Source: Eledone cirrhosa (taxonomy: Eukaryota). Taken from it: a stretch of 64,000 nucleotides of DNA. Shown here piece after piece: positions 10,251-23,222 of this stretch. The stretch is taken from assembly GCA_964016885.1 (NCBI GenBank), contig CAXHJY010001472.1:248001-312000 (forward strand). Reading direction: 5' to 3'. Each line of letters opens with the position of its first letter. Within the stretch, counting starts at the first letter, position 1. The translations under genes were made by a program, and so were the position numbers. The notes under the pieces are model-generated. The model made no database searches and was not told the origin of the DNA. It worked only from the letters and a program-made list of their open reading frames with translations.

Positions 10251-11175
10251 CGTTACAAATGGACGACAAAATGATTTTAACTTGTTTTTTAACAATTGAT
10301 GGTGGAAAAGATTTTAAATTGTCTTAACTCAGACCATAAAGGGCCGCAACACATGGAGTCTGACACTCTTACCGGCTACATAGCCTGGGCGTCTATTTTA
10401 CCGCGACCGGCTACATAGCATCTTCCTAAAATCTTCCAACATAATTTTATACAAGAACCACATGTTAAGTTACTAATAAAATAATTAATAAATAAAAACA
10501 TTAGTAAGTCCTTCAAATGATATCTCAGTAATGAAATAATTAATAATTGTTATAAATACCTCAAAATTCCTCATTAATTAAACCTCATTAATTAATTAAG
10601 CCGCTGAAAAGTGCAACAGATGCCCTCTTCTTAGTGAGACAACTACAAAAGAGGTTCTTAGAGAAAAATAAGCCACTATACTTAGCTTTGGACATAGAGA
10701 AGGCTTTTGATAGAGAACTCTTATAAATGACAACATATATATATGTGTGTGTATATATATGTTTTTTTTTAAACTATATATTTATTACTCCCTTAAGCAG
10801 AAGAAATATATTCCCAGATATCGAAGATTACCACAATAACTAGGGAGCGGAAATCAATAGATGCTGGACATTGCTGCTGAGAGTAGGATGACCTGATGAG
10901 CTGGCTCCTGTGGTGGATACCTAAACATAGTAAGAGCCAAGTGGGATGACTGAGGTTCACCTACATACATCAGATGTCTCTGGATCTCCAGCTGGAGATT
11001 AATGATCTCAGGAATGCCATGAAAAATCGTGACATCTAAAAAAGAAGAGTAGAATTGTTCTGGCCAATCCACCTGACCTAATAAACAATAATAATATTAA
11101 TATATATTGATGAAAATTAATTATGGTGAAATATCTTAGAAATCATTCTCAGAGGTTTTGTATTGTAATCCACAC

Positions 11176-13147
11176 TTGCTCCTTGTGGCTTCTGATGCAG
11201 ACATCATGTCCGCCATCAGGTCCTTCCCAGCTAGCAGCTGCGGAGATGTTGATGGTCTCTGACCAGGCCTCCTCAAGGAGTTGATATCTCCCCTCTCCGC
11301 TGAGGCCGGGCGCCGCCTTCTGAGTGCAATTGTGGCGCTCACCAATAGGCTCATCCATGGCGCCCTGGACTCTTATGCTCGAGGCCTCTTTTTTTCGGCC
11401 AGCCTCACCGCTCTCAGGAAGAAAGAGGATGGCATACGCCCCATTGCTGTGGGCAATGTCTTCCGGAGGCTGGCTGCCAAGGTAATCTGCAAGTCCGTAA
11501 CACTCGGAACCGGCATCCAGGGCCTCCAGCCACCTCATTGTCAAGTTTGACATGAGGAATGCCTTCAACTCTTTACGCTGGGATCATCTGCTCGAGGCCT
11601 GCCTCAGCCGAGCCCCCTCTGCCTACCTGTCATATGGAGCCCCAAGCATGCGCCATGCTGCTGATACGGTCATACCCTTGGCTACTGGGATCCAACAGGG
11701 CAACCCTTTGGGACCCCTCCTGTTCACCCTTGGTATTGACCACATCGCCTGGAGTATAACGGCCCCTCTCAACGTTTGGTATCTGGATGATGCTACTTTG
11801 GGTGGGCCCGTACAGGCGGTCTGCCATGACCTTCAATCGGTGGTTCCTGCCCTGGCGGGAATCGACCTCCAGGTCAACTCAGCCAAGTCGGAGGTGGTGA
11901 ATGTCAGCCTCGATGCTGCAAGCTTTGCAGTCTCCGTCTTGGACGTGCGGTCCATTCTCCGCCAGGTTCAGGTGACCCCCCAAAGAGGATGCCCTCACTG
12001 ATCCACCCGCCGGCCATCCGCTCCTCCATCAAGTCCAGACTCTCACGAGCCGACTGGGCTTGATTGATGGCCACCCAGTTCTCTTTCTGCTGAGGAACTG
12101 CTACGCCATGCCGAAGCTCCTCTATACACTCTGTGCTACACCTAAACTTGTATCCGAGCAGCAGCCGATGAGATATGCAACTTTACCTGTCAGGTATGGC
12201 GGCCTTCGCCTCCAGTCCCCGATCTCACTAGCTTTGCCGGCATATCTTTCGTCGGTAACCTCGTACCACGTCCTCTTCAGCAGGGTTCTTCAAAACACAA
12301 CAGAACCCTCTGTGTTCAGAGAACGCGTGGCCGCCTGTGAGACGTGGGACCGGCTGGGACTTAGCCCAGTAGACGTTCCTCCTCCTTCTCCCCCTGTTGA
12401 CGTCAAGTCCCCCCCAACACACTTGGGATGCCATCCAGTGCAGCCTGGCCTCAGACAGGCTCACGTGCCAGCTCGACCAGCACCGCCTTGTTTGTTTTCG
12501 TGCAGCCTCCAAACCCCACAGTGGGGCCTGGCTCCATGCCCTGCCCTCCTTCTCCACTCGCACGCAGCTAGACAACAATAGCTTGCGCATCGGCGTTTCC
12601 CTGAGGCTCGGCCTCACACCAATGTCGCTGCCGTTCCACCATGGACTCTTTCGGCCTCCACCCGCAATCCACGCCATGCTGCCCTCAACGAAGTCATTAA
12701 GCATGGCTTGGACGCTGCAGGCTTCCCTTCCCAGCTCGAGGGGACGGCAAAAGGCTAGATGGCATGACCATCTTCCCGTTCCGCGGTGGCAAAGCCCTCG
12801 TCTGGGATGCCACTTGCACCGACACTTTCTGCAGCCGCAACCTGGTGCAGTCTGCGACTGGCCCAGGTTCTGCTGCACGTCAGGCTGAGGGGGCCAAACT
12901 CCTCACATATCGTTCACTCTCCGACAGGTTTGCGGTCGTACCCCTGGAAGTGGAGACTTCTGGTGTCCTCGGCCCCAGGGCTACCTCCTTACTCACCACC
13001 ATAGGCGCTGAGCTGGCCAGCCGCAGGTGTGAGCCCCGCGAGTTGGAGTGGCTTTTCCAGCGCGTCTCCCTTGCCGTGCTCCGGGGAAACGCCTTCTCCA
13101 TTCTGTCCGCCGGGGCTGTGGGTGGGTCCCATCGCGTACCGTTATGA
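11176..13147 (+). mobile_element. Degenerate CRE-clade retrotransposon, type B, unit 2 (26-bp deletion, extra frameshift)
   Basis: Same motifs as 737-2732; ccgc-microhomology deletion at about 12665. Confidence 0.88.
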
Positions 13148-14996
13148 ATGTATACAAAACAACTAAATCTCTTAAATAACTTCACTTATATCCAAAACAT
13201 GATTTGTATATACATCAACAGTGACTCATTATTATACGCCAGTCACGACCCCACTGCAAAAACGATATCTATATAACAACCCCACCGTAAAACTACTCTT
13301 CCCCACTTTACAAACACTTTATATTATTTGTCATTAAGGTTTCTTAAAATAAATATATATACGTATGTGTAGTAATTAGTACGGAGACTGAGAGAGAAGG
13401 GGCGAGTGTGTCTTCATGGAGGGCACATGGGACCAGCAAAGCCCTAAAAGTAGAGACCAGTAAATGAGATAAGGTCCTAGCTATGTTAAGAATATAAATA
13501 AGAAACATGTTCTATACATTTAAGAAGACAAGAGAAACATGTTCTAAACATTTAAGAAATAATTATTTACCTCTTTCATGTCGGTAATATAGCGGTGTTA
13601 TAAAACTAATTATAACGACCGGTGTTAAAATAGAGAGAGATAGACAGATAAATGTGTGTCACACTCTCACCCTCTCTTTAAATCTTTTACACTATCTAAC
13701 TCGTACTTCTCACACTCTCTTTAAATCTTTTACTCTATCTACCTCTCATTTCTATCTGTGTATGTATGTATGTATCTGTCTATGTGTAACTCGGTGTACT
13801 GGAGCAATATGAAGTGAAGTGTCTTGCTGAAGAAGACATTTTGTGGAGTTATATCATCGTTTCTTGTTATAAAGCTATTTATACTACCGGCGTAACAGTG
13901 GCTATAGGTGATAGATGTAGAAATAAAAGGCTGTAACAGCGATATAAATATAGATGAAATAGTTTACCACGAGACTAAGAATGAATGTTTAATGGAATTA
14001 AGTGTAATCTAATAGGAAATAAGAGGCTAGAGCAGCGAAATGTTTACGTAAAATAAAAGAACAACAAACAAGAGTGCAACATTGAAATTTTTTTTTTTTT
14101 TTTGTCGATATAAGCGTTATTTTATGCGCGATTTGCCTTGCTGCCGGCGCTGCTCAGTCAGTAGCAGCCCCGCTTACGAAGTTCAGGAGCCAACGACTTT
14201 ACATGGTTCGAATCTCACCCTCTCCGCTCTTGTCGAGTTATCTCCTACTCTTTTTACTTAGTTCCAGGTCATTAAAATAGAGCAAAGAGGTCGCGGCGAT
14301 CGGCATATGCACTGGCTACAATGTTGAACTTTGGTACTGACTGCGTAGTTGAACGTTCCACATACCAACCGCCCAACTGGCCAGTCAACCGCATATGCGG
14401 CTGGCTGGCCGGTTGGGTAGTTGGCATATGTACTGGCTACCATGCTGAACATTGTACTGACTGTCAAGTTGAACGTTCTAACCCTCTCTTTACATCTATT
14501 ACTCTATCTACCGCTTAGTTCTCCCCCTCTCTTTACTTCTATAACTCTATCTCCCACTCTCTTTACATCTATTACAGTGTCTCCCTGTATATATACACGT
14601 ATATATGCACTAGATTTTATAAGAAATCTACGTAATAATATAATTAACAATAGTTGATGAATTAGACCAGAGTTAATTAAACAATAAATATGAATGAAAT
14701 AGCAGTAGATAGCGAAACTTGAGTGTTGTGTGTGCATACATATATATGAGGTAAACTGGTTCAAATACTGTCAGGATTATATTGGATCAAAGACTGTATT
14801 AAATAGAAAGTAAAAAATGAAGTGAAAATATAAAAACAAACTGAAAATTTCCCCATCCCTAGAAAAATTCATATCTTGTTATATATAGATAATTGGCGCT
14901 TTAAATTGAATAAATATTCATTTATATATATATATATATGTATATATATATGTACACTGATATATATGTGTGTATATATATATGTGTATATATATA

Positions 14997-15036
<40 letters not shown>

Positions 15037-15039
<3 letters not shown>

Positions 15040-15587
15040 ACTTCATCATACGTCCGCTTTTCCATGCTTGCAAGGGTGGGGTGGGAGCTGATTCTGGATT
15101 GGTTTCTACAGCTGGGTGCCCTTCCTGACGCCAACCCCGTTTGCAGTGAGTGCTGGGTGCTTTTTTTTTTCCGTGGCACCTCCACGTCAGCTTTACAGTG
15201 TGGGCTGGGTGCTTTTTGGCCGCGGCGCCTCCACGACCACTTTGCGGTGGGGAGGTGGGGTGGTATGTGTATACCCAGCCCATTGTCATTTGCCACACAG
15301 AAAAGCGTATAGCATCGTTCTTTACCCACGATGAATCTAGCAGACCCACCCCTCCACCTGGTCTCTTGAATACAACAAACATCGACCTCCTTACGTTCAA
15401 GCATTTCTACAACCTCGTTAGAGCCACCCTATAAGGTGCCTACATTAATGGTACCAACTCTGAAGTTTTGGATTGCGTTTGGAGGTTGGGAGCAGTGGGG
15501 AGCGGGGATGGGGTTAGGGTTAGCCATCCGCGGCCGAAACAAAGAGGAGGAGCCCTTGCATTCTCGTCCATGAGGTGGATTTGTCTT
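15037..15587 (-). mobile_element. Internally deleted RTE (5' region and APE N-terminus fused to 3' end), longer form in S units; copies 41917-42467, 58943-59493
   Basis: The minus strand encodes FRVGTINVGTL.. and [32 protein letters not shown] (APE N-terminus), followed directly by an RTE/SINE-type 3' end. Confidence 0.8.
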
Positions 15588-16097
15588 TATGTATGTATAT
15601 GTATATATGTATGTATGTGTGTGTATGTATGTATATGTATATATGAGTGTATATGTGTATATGTATGTATATGTATGTGTATGTATGTGTATATATGTGT
15701 ATATGTATGTGTTTGTATATATGTGTGTGTATGTATATATGTGTGTGTATGTATGTATATATGTGTGTGTATGTATATATATATATATGTATGTGTATAT
15801 GTATGTATATGTATGTATGTGTATATGTATATATGTATGTATATGTATGTATGTGTATATATGTATGTATGTATATGTATATATACGTGTGTATATGTAA
15901 ATATACTTATGTGTATATGCTTATGTATGTGTATGTGTGTATATTTATATTATGTATATATATATATCTATGTATGTGTATGTATGTATATATATGTATG
16001 TATATGTGTATGTATGTGTATGTATGTATGTGTATATATGTATGTATGTATATATATATGTATGTATATGTATGTGTATGTATATGTATATGTATAT
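15588..16097. repeat. Compound (TA/TG/TATG)n microsatellite; copies 42468-42975, 59494-59995
   Basis: Low-complexity sequence with variable length between copies. Confidence 0.95.
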
Positions 16098-16451
16098 GGA
16101 GGCACATGGCTTAGTGGTTCGAGCATTGGCCTGGCAATCGAAAGGTTGTGAGTTCAATTCTCAGACCGGGTGATGTGTTGTTTCCTTGAGCAAGACACTT
16201 TATTTCACATTGCTCCAGTTTACTCAGCTGTAGAAATGAGATGATAGGGACTGGGGTCCATATCATTCCACTGCAAAGTGGTCGTGGAGGTGCCACGGCA
16301 AAAAAGCACTCAGCACTCACTGTAAATGAGGTTGGTGTTAGGAAGGGCATCCAGCTGTAGAAATCAAGCCAGAATCAGTTCCCGTCCCACCCTTGCAAGC
16401 AGGGAAAAAGCGGACTTAAAACGAAATGATGATGATGATGATGATGATGAT
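16098..16451 (+). mobile_element. tRNA-derived CORE-like SINE with RTE-derived 3' tail, unit 2
   Basis: A box TGGCTTAGTGG, B box GAGTTCAATTC, CORE-like ccttgagcaagacacttt, 3' end shared with the RTE at 23161-23222, (GAT)n tail. Confidence 0.85.
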
Positions 16452-17089
16452 GTATGTATGTATGTGTATATGTATGTATGTATGTATATGTATGAGATGC
16501 AGTTTGGTTTTGTGCCGCTGAAAAGTGCAACAGATGCCCTCTTCTTAGTGAGACAACTACAAAAGAGGTTCTTAGAGAAAAATAAGCCACTATACTTAGC
16601 TTTGGACATAGAGAAGGCTTTTGATAGAGAACTCTTATAAATGACAACATATATATATGTGTGTGTATATATATGTTTTTTTTAAAACTATATATTTATT
16701 ACTCCCTTAAGCAGAAGAAATATATTCCCAGATATCGAAGATTACCACAATAACTAGGGAGCGGAAATCAATAGATGCTGGACATTGCTGCTGAGGGTAG
16801 GATGACCTGATGAGCTGGCTCCTGTGGTGGATACCTAAACATAGTAAGACCCAAGTGGGATGGCTGAGGTTCACCTACATACATCAGATGTCTCTGGATC
16901 TCCAGCTGGAGATTAATGATCTCAGGAATGCCATGAAAAATCGTGACATCTAAAAAAGAAGAGTAGAATTGTTCTGGCCAATCCACCTGACCTAATAAAC
17001 AATAATAATATTAATATATATTGATGAAAATTAATTATGGTGAAATATCTTAGAAATCATTCTCAGAGGTTTTGTATTGTAATCCACAC

Positions 17090-19085
17090 TTGCTCCTTGT
17101 GGCTTCTGATGCAGACATCATGTCCGCCATCAGGTCCTTCCCAGCTAGCAGCTGCGGTGATGTTGATGGTCTCTGACCAGACCTCCTCAAGGAGTTGACA
17201 TCTCCCCTCTCCGCTGAGGCCGGGCGCCGCCTTCTGAGTGCAATTGTGGCGCTCACCAATAGGCTCATCCATGGCGCCCTGGACTCTTATGCTCGAGGCC
17301 TCTTTTTTTCAGCCAGCTTCACCGCTCTCAGGAAGAAAGAGGGTGGCATACGCCCCATTGCTGTGGGCAATGTCTTCCGGAGGCTGGCTGCCAAGGTAAC
17401 CTGCAAGTCCGTAACACTCGGAACCGGCATCCAGGGACTCCAGCCACCTCATTGTCAAGTTTGACATGAGGAATGCCTTCAACTCTTTACGCTGGGATCA
17501 TCTGCTCGAGGCCTGCCTCAGCCGAGCCCCCTCTGCCTAGCTGTCATATGGAGCCCCGAGCATGCGACATGCTGCTGATACGGTCATACCCTTGGCTACT
17601 GGGATCCAACAGGGCAACCCTTTGGGACCCCTCCTGTTCACCCTTGGTATTGACCACATCGCCCGGAGTATAACGGCCCCTCTCAACGTTTGGTATCTGG
17701 ATGATGCTACTTTGGGTGGGCCCGTACAGGCGGTCTGCCATGACCTTCAATCGGTGGTTCCTGCCCTGGCGGGAATCGACCTCCAGGTCAACTCAGCCAA
17801 GTCGGAGGTGGTGAATGTCAGCCTCGATGCTGCAAGCTTTGCAATCTCCGTCTTGGACGTGCGGTCCATTCTCCGCCAGGTTCAGGTGACCCCCAAAGAG
17901 GATGCCCTCACCGATCCACCCGCCGGCCATCCGCTCCACCATCAAGTTCAGACTCTCACGAGCCGACTGGGCTTGATTGATGGCCACCCAGTTCTCTTTC
18001 TGCTGAGGAACTGCTACGCCATGCCGAAGCTCCTCTATACACTCTGTGCTACACCCAGACTTGTATCCGAGCAGCAGCCGATGAGATATGCAACTTTACC
18101 TATCAGGTATGGCGACCTTCGCCTCCAGTCCCCGATCTCACTAGCTTTGCCGGCGTATCTTTCGTCGGTAACCTCGTACCACGTCCACCTCAGCAGGGTT
18201 CTTCAAAACACAACAGAACCCTCTGTGTTCAGAGAACGCGTGGCCGCCTGTGAGACGTGGCACCGGCTGGGACTTAGCCCAGTAGACGTTCCTCCTCCTT
18301 CTCCCCCTGTTGACGTCAAGTCCCCCCAACACACTTGGGATGCCATCCAGTGCAGCCTGGCCTCAGACAGGCTCACGTGCCAGCTCGACCAGCACCGCCT
18401 TGTTTGTTTTCGTGCGGCCTCCAAACCCCACAGTGGGGCCTGGCTCCATGCCCTGCCCTCCTTCTCCACTCGCACGCAGCTAGACAACCATAGCTTGCGC
18501 ATCGGCGTTTCCCTGAGGCTCGGCCTCACACCAATGTCGCTGCCGTTCCACCATGGACTCTTTCGGCCTCCACCCGCTTTCCTGTCGCCACAGTGCCAGC
18601 CGCAATCCACGCCATGCTGCCCTCAACGAAATCATTAAGCATGGCTTGGACGCTGCAGGCTTCCCTTCCCAGCTCCAGGGGACGGCAAAAGGCCAGATGG
18701 CATGACCATCTTCCCGTTCCGCGGTGGCAAACCCCTCGTCTGGGATGCCACTTGCACCGACACTTTCTGCAGCCGCAACCTGGTGCAGTCTGCGACTGGC
18801 CCAGGTTCTGCTGCACGTCAGGCTGAGAGGGCCAAACTCCTCACATATCGTTCACTCTCCGACAGGTTTGCGGTCGTACCCCTGGAAGTGGAGACTTCTG
18901 GTGTCCTCGACCCCAGGGCTACCTCCTTACTCACCACCATAGGCGCTGAGCTGGCCAGTCGCAGGTGTGAGCCCCGCGAGTTGGAGTGGCTTTTCCAGCG
19001 CGTCTCCCTTGCCGTGCTCCGGGGAAACGCCTTCTCCATTCTGTCCGCCGGGGCTGTGGGTGGGCCCCATCGCGTACCGTTATAG
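17090..19085 (+). mobile_element. Degenerate CRE-clade retrotransposon, type A, unit 3
   Basis: ORFs essentially identical to unit 1. Confidence 0.88.
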
Positions 19086-20858
19086 TTGTTGAAGAAGAAA
19101 CAGGGAGACAACAACTGGAATGTATACAAAACAACTAAATCTCTTAAATAACTTCACTTATATCCAAAATATGATTTGTATATACATCAACAGTGACTCA
19201 TTATTATACGCCAGTCACGACCCCACTGCAAAAACGATATCTATATAACAACCCCACCGTAAAACTACTCTTCCCCACTTTACAAACACTTTATATTATT
19301 TGTCATTAAGGTTTCTTAAAATAAATATATATACGTATGTGTAGTAATTAGTACGGAGACTGAGAGAGAAGGGGCGAGTGTGTCTTCATGGAGGGCACAT
19401 GGGACCAGCAAAGCCCTAAAAGTAGAGACCAGTAAATGAGATAAGGTCCTAGCTATGTTAAGAATATAAATAAGAAACATGTTCTATACATTTAAGAAGA
19501 CAAGAGAAACATGTTCTAAACATTTAAGAAATAATTATTTACCTCTTTCATGTCGGTAATATAGCGGTGTTATAAAACTAATTATAACGACCGGTGTTAA
19601 AATAGAGAGAGATAGACAGATAAATGTGTGTCACACTCTCACCCTCTCTTTAAATCTTTTACACTATCTTTACATCTTTTACTCTATCTCCCTCTTATTT
19701 CTATCTGTGTACATATATATGTGTATGTATGTATCTGTCTATGTGTAACTCGGTGTACTGGAGCAATATGAGGTGAAGTGTCTTGCTGAAGAAGACATTT
19801 TGTGGAGTTATATCATCGTTTCTTGTTATAAAGCTACTTATACTACCGGCGTAACAGTGGCTATAGGTGATAGATGTAGAAATAAAAGGCTGTAACAGCG
19901 ATATAAATATAGATGAAATAGTTTACCACGAGACTAAGAATGAATGCTTAATGGAATTAAGTGTAATCTAATAGGAAATAAGAGGCTAGAGCAGCGAAAT
20001 GTTTACGTAAAATAAAAGAACAACAAACAAGAGTGCAACATTGAAATTTTTGTTTTATTTTCTCGATATAAGCGTTATTTTATGCGCGATTTGCCTTGCT
20101 GCCGGCGTTGCTCAGTCAGTAGCAGCCCCGCTTACGAAGTTCAGGAGCCAACGACTTTACATGGTTCGAATCTCACCCTCTCCGCTCTTGTCGAGTTATC
20201 TCCTACTCTTTTTACTTAGTTCCAGGTCATTTAAATAGAGCAAAGAGGTCGCGGCGATCGGCATATGCACTGGCTACAATGTTGAACTTTGGTACTGACT
20301 GCATAGTTGAACGTTCCACATACCAACCGCCCAACTGGCCAGTCAACCGCAAATACGGCTGGCTGGCCGGTTGGGTAGTTGGCATATGTACTGACTGTCA
20401 AGTTGAACGTTCTAACCCTCTCTTTACATCTATTGCTCTATCTACCGCTTATTTCTCTCCCTCTCTTTACTTCTATAACTCTATCTCCCACTCTCTTTAC
20501 ATCTATTACACAGTGTCTCCCTGTATATATACACGTATATATGCACTAGATTTTATAAGAAATCTACGTAATAATATAATTAACAATAGTTGATGAATTA
20601 GACCAGAGTTAATTAAACAATAAATATGAATGAAATAGCAGTAGATGGCGAAACTTGAGTGTTGTGTGTGCATACATATATATGAGGTAAACTGGTTCAA
20701 ATACTGTCAGGATTATATTGGATCAAAGACTGTATTAAATAGAAAGTAAAAAATGAAGTGAAAATATAAAAACAAACTGAAAATTTCCCCATCCCTAGAA
20801 AAATTCATATCTTGTTATATATAGATAATTGGCGCTTTAAATTGAATAAATATTCATT

Positions 20859-20893
<35 letters not shown>

Positions 20894-21941
20894 GTACACT
20901 GATATATATGTGTGTGTATATATATATATATATGTATGTGTATATGTGTACATATGTATGTGTATATATATACTAATATATATATATATATATCAACTTC
21001 ATCATACGTCCGCTTTTCCATGCTTGCAAGGGTGGGGTGGGAGCTGATTCTGGATTGGTTTCTACAGCTGGGTGCCCTTCCTGACGCCAACCCAGTTTGC
21101 AGTGAGTGCTGGGTGCTTTTTTTTTTTCCGTGGCACCTCCACATCAGCTTTACAGAGCGGGCTGGGTGCTTTTTTGCCGTGGCGCCTCCACGACCACTTT
21201 ACGGTGGGGTGGTGGGGTGGTATGTGTATACCCAGCCCATTGTCATTTCCCACCCAGAAAAGTTCATAGCACAGTTCTTTACCCACGATGAATCTAGCAG
21301 ACCCACCCCTCCACCTGGTCTCTTGAATACAACAGTGGTTTCACTAAAATAAAAATTAAATTAAATTAAATTAAATTAATTATATTAGATAAATAGACAT
21401 TGGGGTTCTCACCAAAGATTTTCAGTTATTTCTAAGAGATGTAAAAGGAAAATTTAAAAAAGATTAATAGGACACATTAGACATGTCTCCAAGCAAGAAT
21501 TGAACTTACAGACAAGGATCTCACCATCTCTGGTACTTCCCACTAAGCCACCAAGACTGCTACAAAGGTCTATTGAAAATTAATATTTATAAACCTACTT
21601 TCAAAATATAACTAATTTAATTAAAAATAAAATAAAATAAATAGACATTGGCGTTCTCACAAAACTTTTTCAGTTCTTTTTTCTAAGAAATGTCAAAGGA
21701 ATATATATATATATATATTTTATTTTTAATTTTATTTTGAAAGTAGGTTTATAAATATTAAATTTCAGTACATCTTTGTATCAGTCTCGGTAGCTTAGTG
21801 GGAAGTACCAGAGATGGTGAGATCCTGTTCTGGGTGTTCAATCCTGGTCTGAGGGTTGAATTGGGGACTCAGGTTCAATCCTGGTCCATGAGATACATGT
21901 AAGGTGTCATGTTAATCTTTTATAATTTTCTTTCTATATCT

Positions 21942-23222
21942 TAGCCTTTGTTGACCTAGAGAAGGCCTTTGATAGGGTACCCCGATCTGTCATCTGGTGG
22001 TCCCTAAGGAAGCTGGGTGTTGAGGAATGGCTTGTAAGGACAGTGCAAACTTTGTACAGAGGTACTCTCAGTAAAGTCAGGGTAGGAATGGAGTTTAGTG
22101 AGGAATTCCAGATACAAGTAGGAGTACATCAGGGTTCGGTCCTCAGCCCGCTCTTGTTCATTATATTCCTCCAAGCCATAACAGAGGAGTTTAAGACTGG
22201 CTGTCCATGGGAACTTCTCTATGCTGACGATCTGGCTCTTATGGCAGAATCAGTAGAGGAGCTAGAGAATAAATTCCGGCTATGGAAACAGCAGTTGGAA
22301 GCAAGAGGACTGAGAGTAAATCTAGCTAAGACAAAAGTGTTGATGAGTAGAAAAGAGGACAAAACCCTGATTCCGTCAGGGAAATGGCCATGTTCGATAT
22401 GCAGAAAAGGAACTGGCATAAATTCTATAAAATGCACACAATGTAGGTCCTGGGTACACAAGAGATGTAGCGGGATAGCAGGCAAACTAACAGGTAGGGA
22501 GAAATATGTATGCAGTAGATGTACAGGGAAATTAGACAGTAGAAGTCGCACTGATAGACACATTTTTCAAATGCGAGAGGGCGCTATAGAAGTGGTGGAT
22601 AGCTTCCGGTACCTAGGAGATCAGATTAGCATGGGAGGAGGGTGTTCCGAGGCCATAGTATCTAGAATAAGGACGGGTTGGAAGAAGTTTAGGGAGCTGC
22701 TTCCTCTGTTGACGAAGAAGGGTTTCTCCCTGCGTACGAAAGGCCGGTTGTATGATGCCTGTGTGAGGAGCGCGATGCTGCATGGTAGTGAGACATGGGC
22801 AGCTACCGCAGAAGATATGCGACGGCTGGAGAGAAATGAGGCAAGCATGCTCCGTTGGATGTGCAGTGTAAATGTGCGTGAACGACCCAGCATAAATGTG
22901 TTGAGAGAGAAACTGTGTCTGAGAGGGATAGAATGTAGTGTACGGGAGAGGAGACTGAGGTGGTATGGACATGTGATGCGCATGGAGGATGACCGATGGG
23001 TGAAGAAGTGCCAGGAAATGCCAGTTGAAGGAAGACGTGGTAGAGGTAGACCACGAAAAACATGGGCGGAGGTGGTGAGAACAGACCTCAGATCATTGAA
23101 GCTCACGGTGGAGATGACGAGGGACCGTGACGAGTGGAGAGATGCTGTGCTGAATAAGACCCGTCCCACCCTTGCAAGCAGGGAAAAGCGGACGTAAAAT
23201 GATGATGATGATGATGATGATG
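21942..23222 (+). mobile_element. Young 5'-truncated RTE LINE insertion (1281 bp), unit 3
   Basis: Open frame from LAFVDLEKAFDRVP (21941) to the stop at 23197, (GAT)n tail, short atct duplication. Empty site ctatatctctttgaaa in units 1 and 4. Confidence 0.95.

Noticed and set aside
9463-10269. Long H/T/Y/C-rich ORFs (also 26490-27294, 36294-37100, 53373-54158)
   Set aside because: They are translations of the minisatellite, and frames shift between copies.
15509-15523. Telomeric-like ggggttagggttag
   Set aside because: Fewer than two full repeats, inside the RTE 5' region.
15468-16173. Long C/V/Y/M-rich ORFs
   Set aside because: They are translations of the TA/TG microsatellite.
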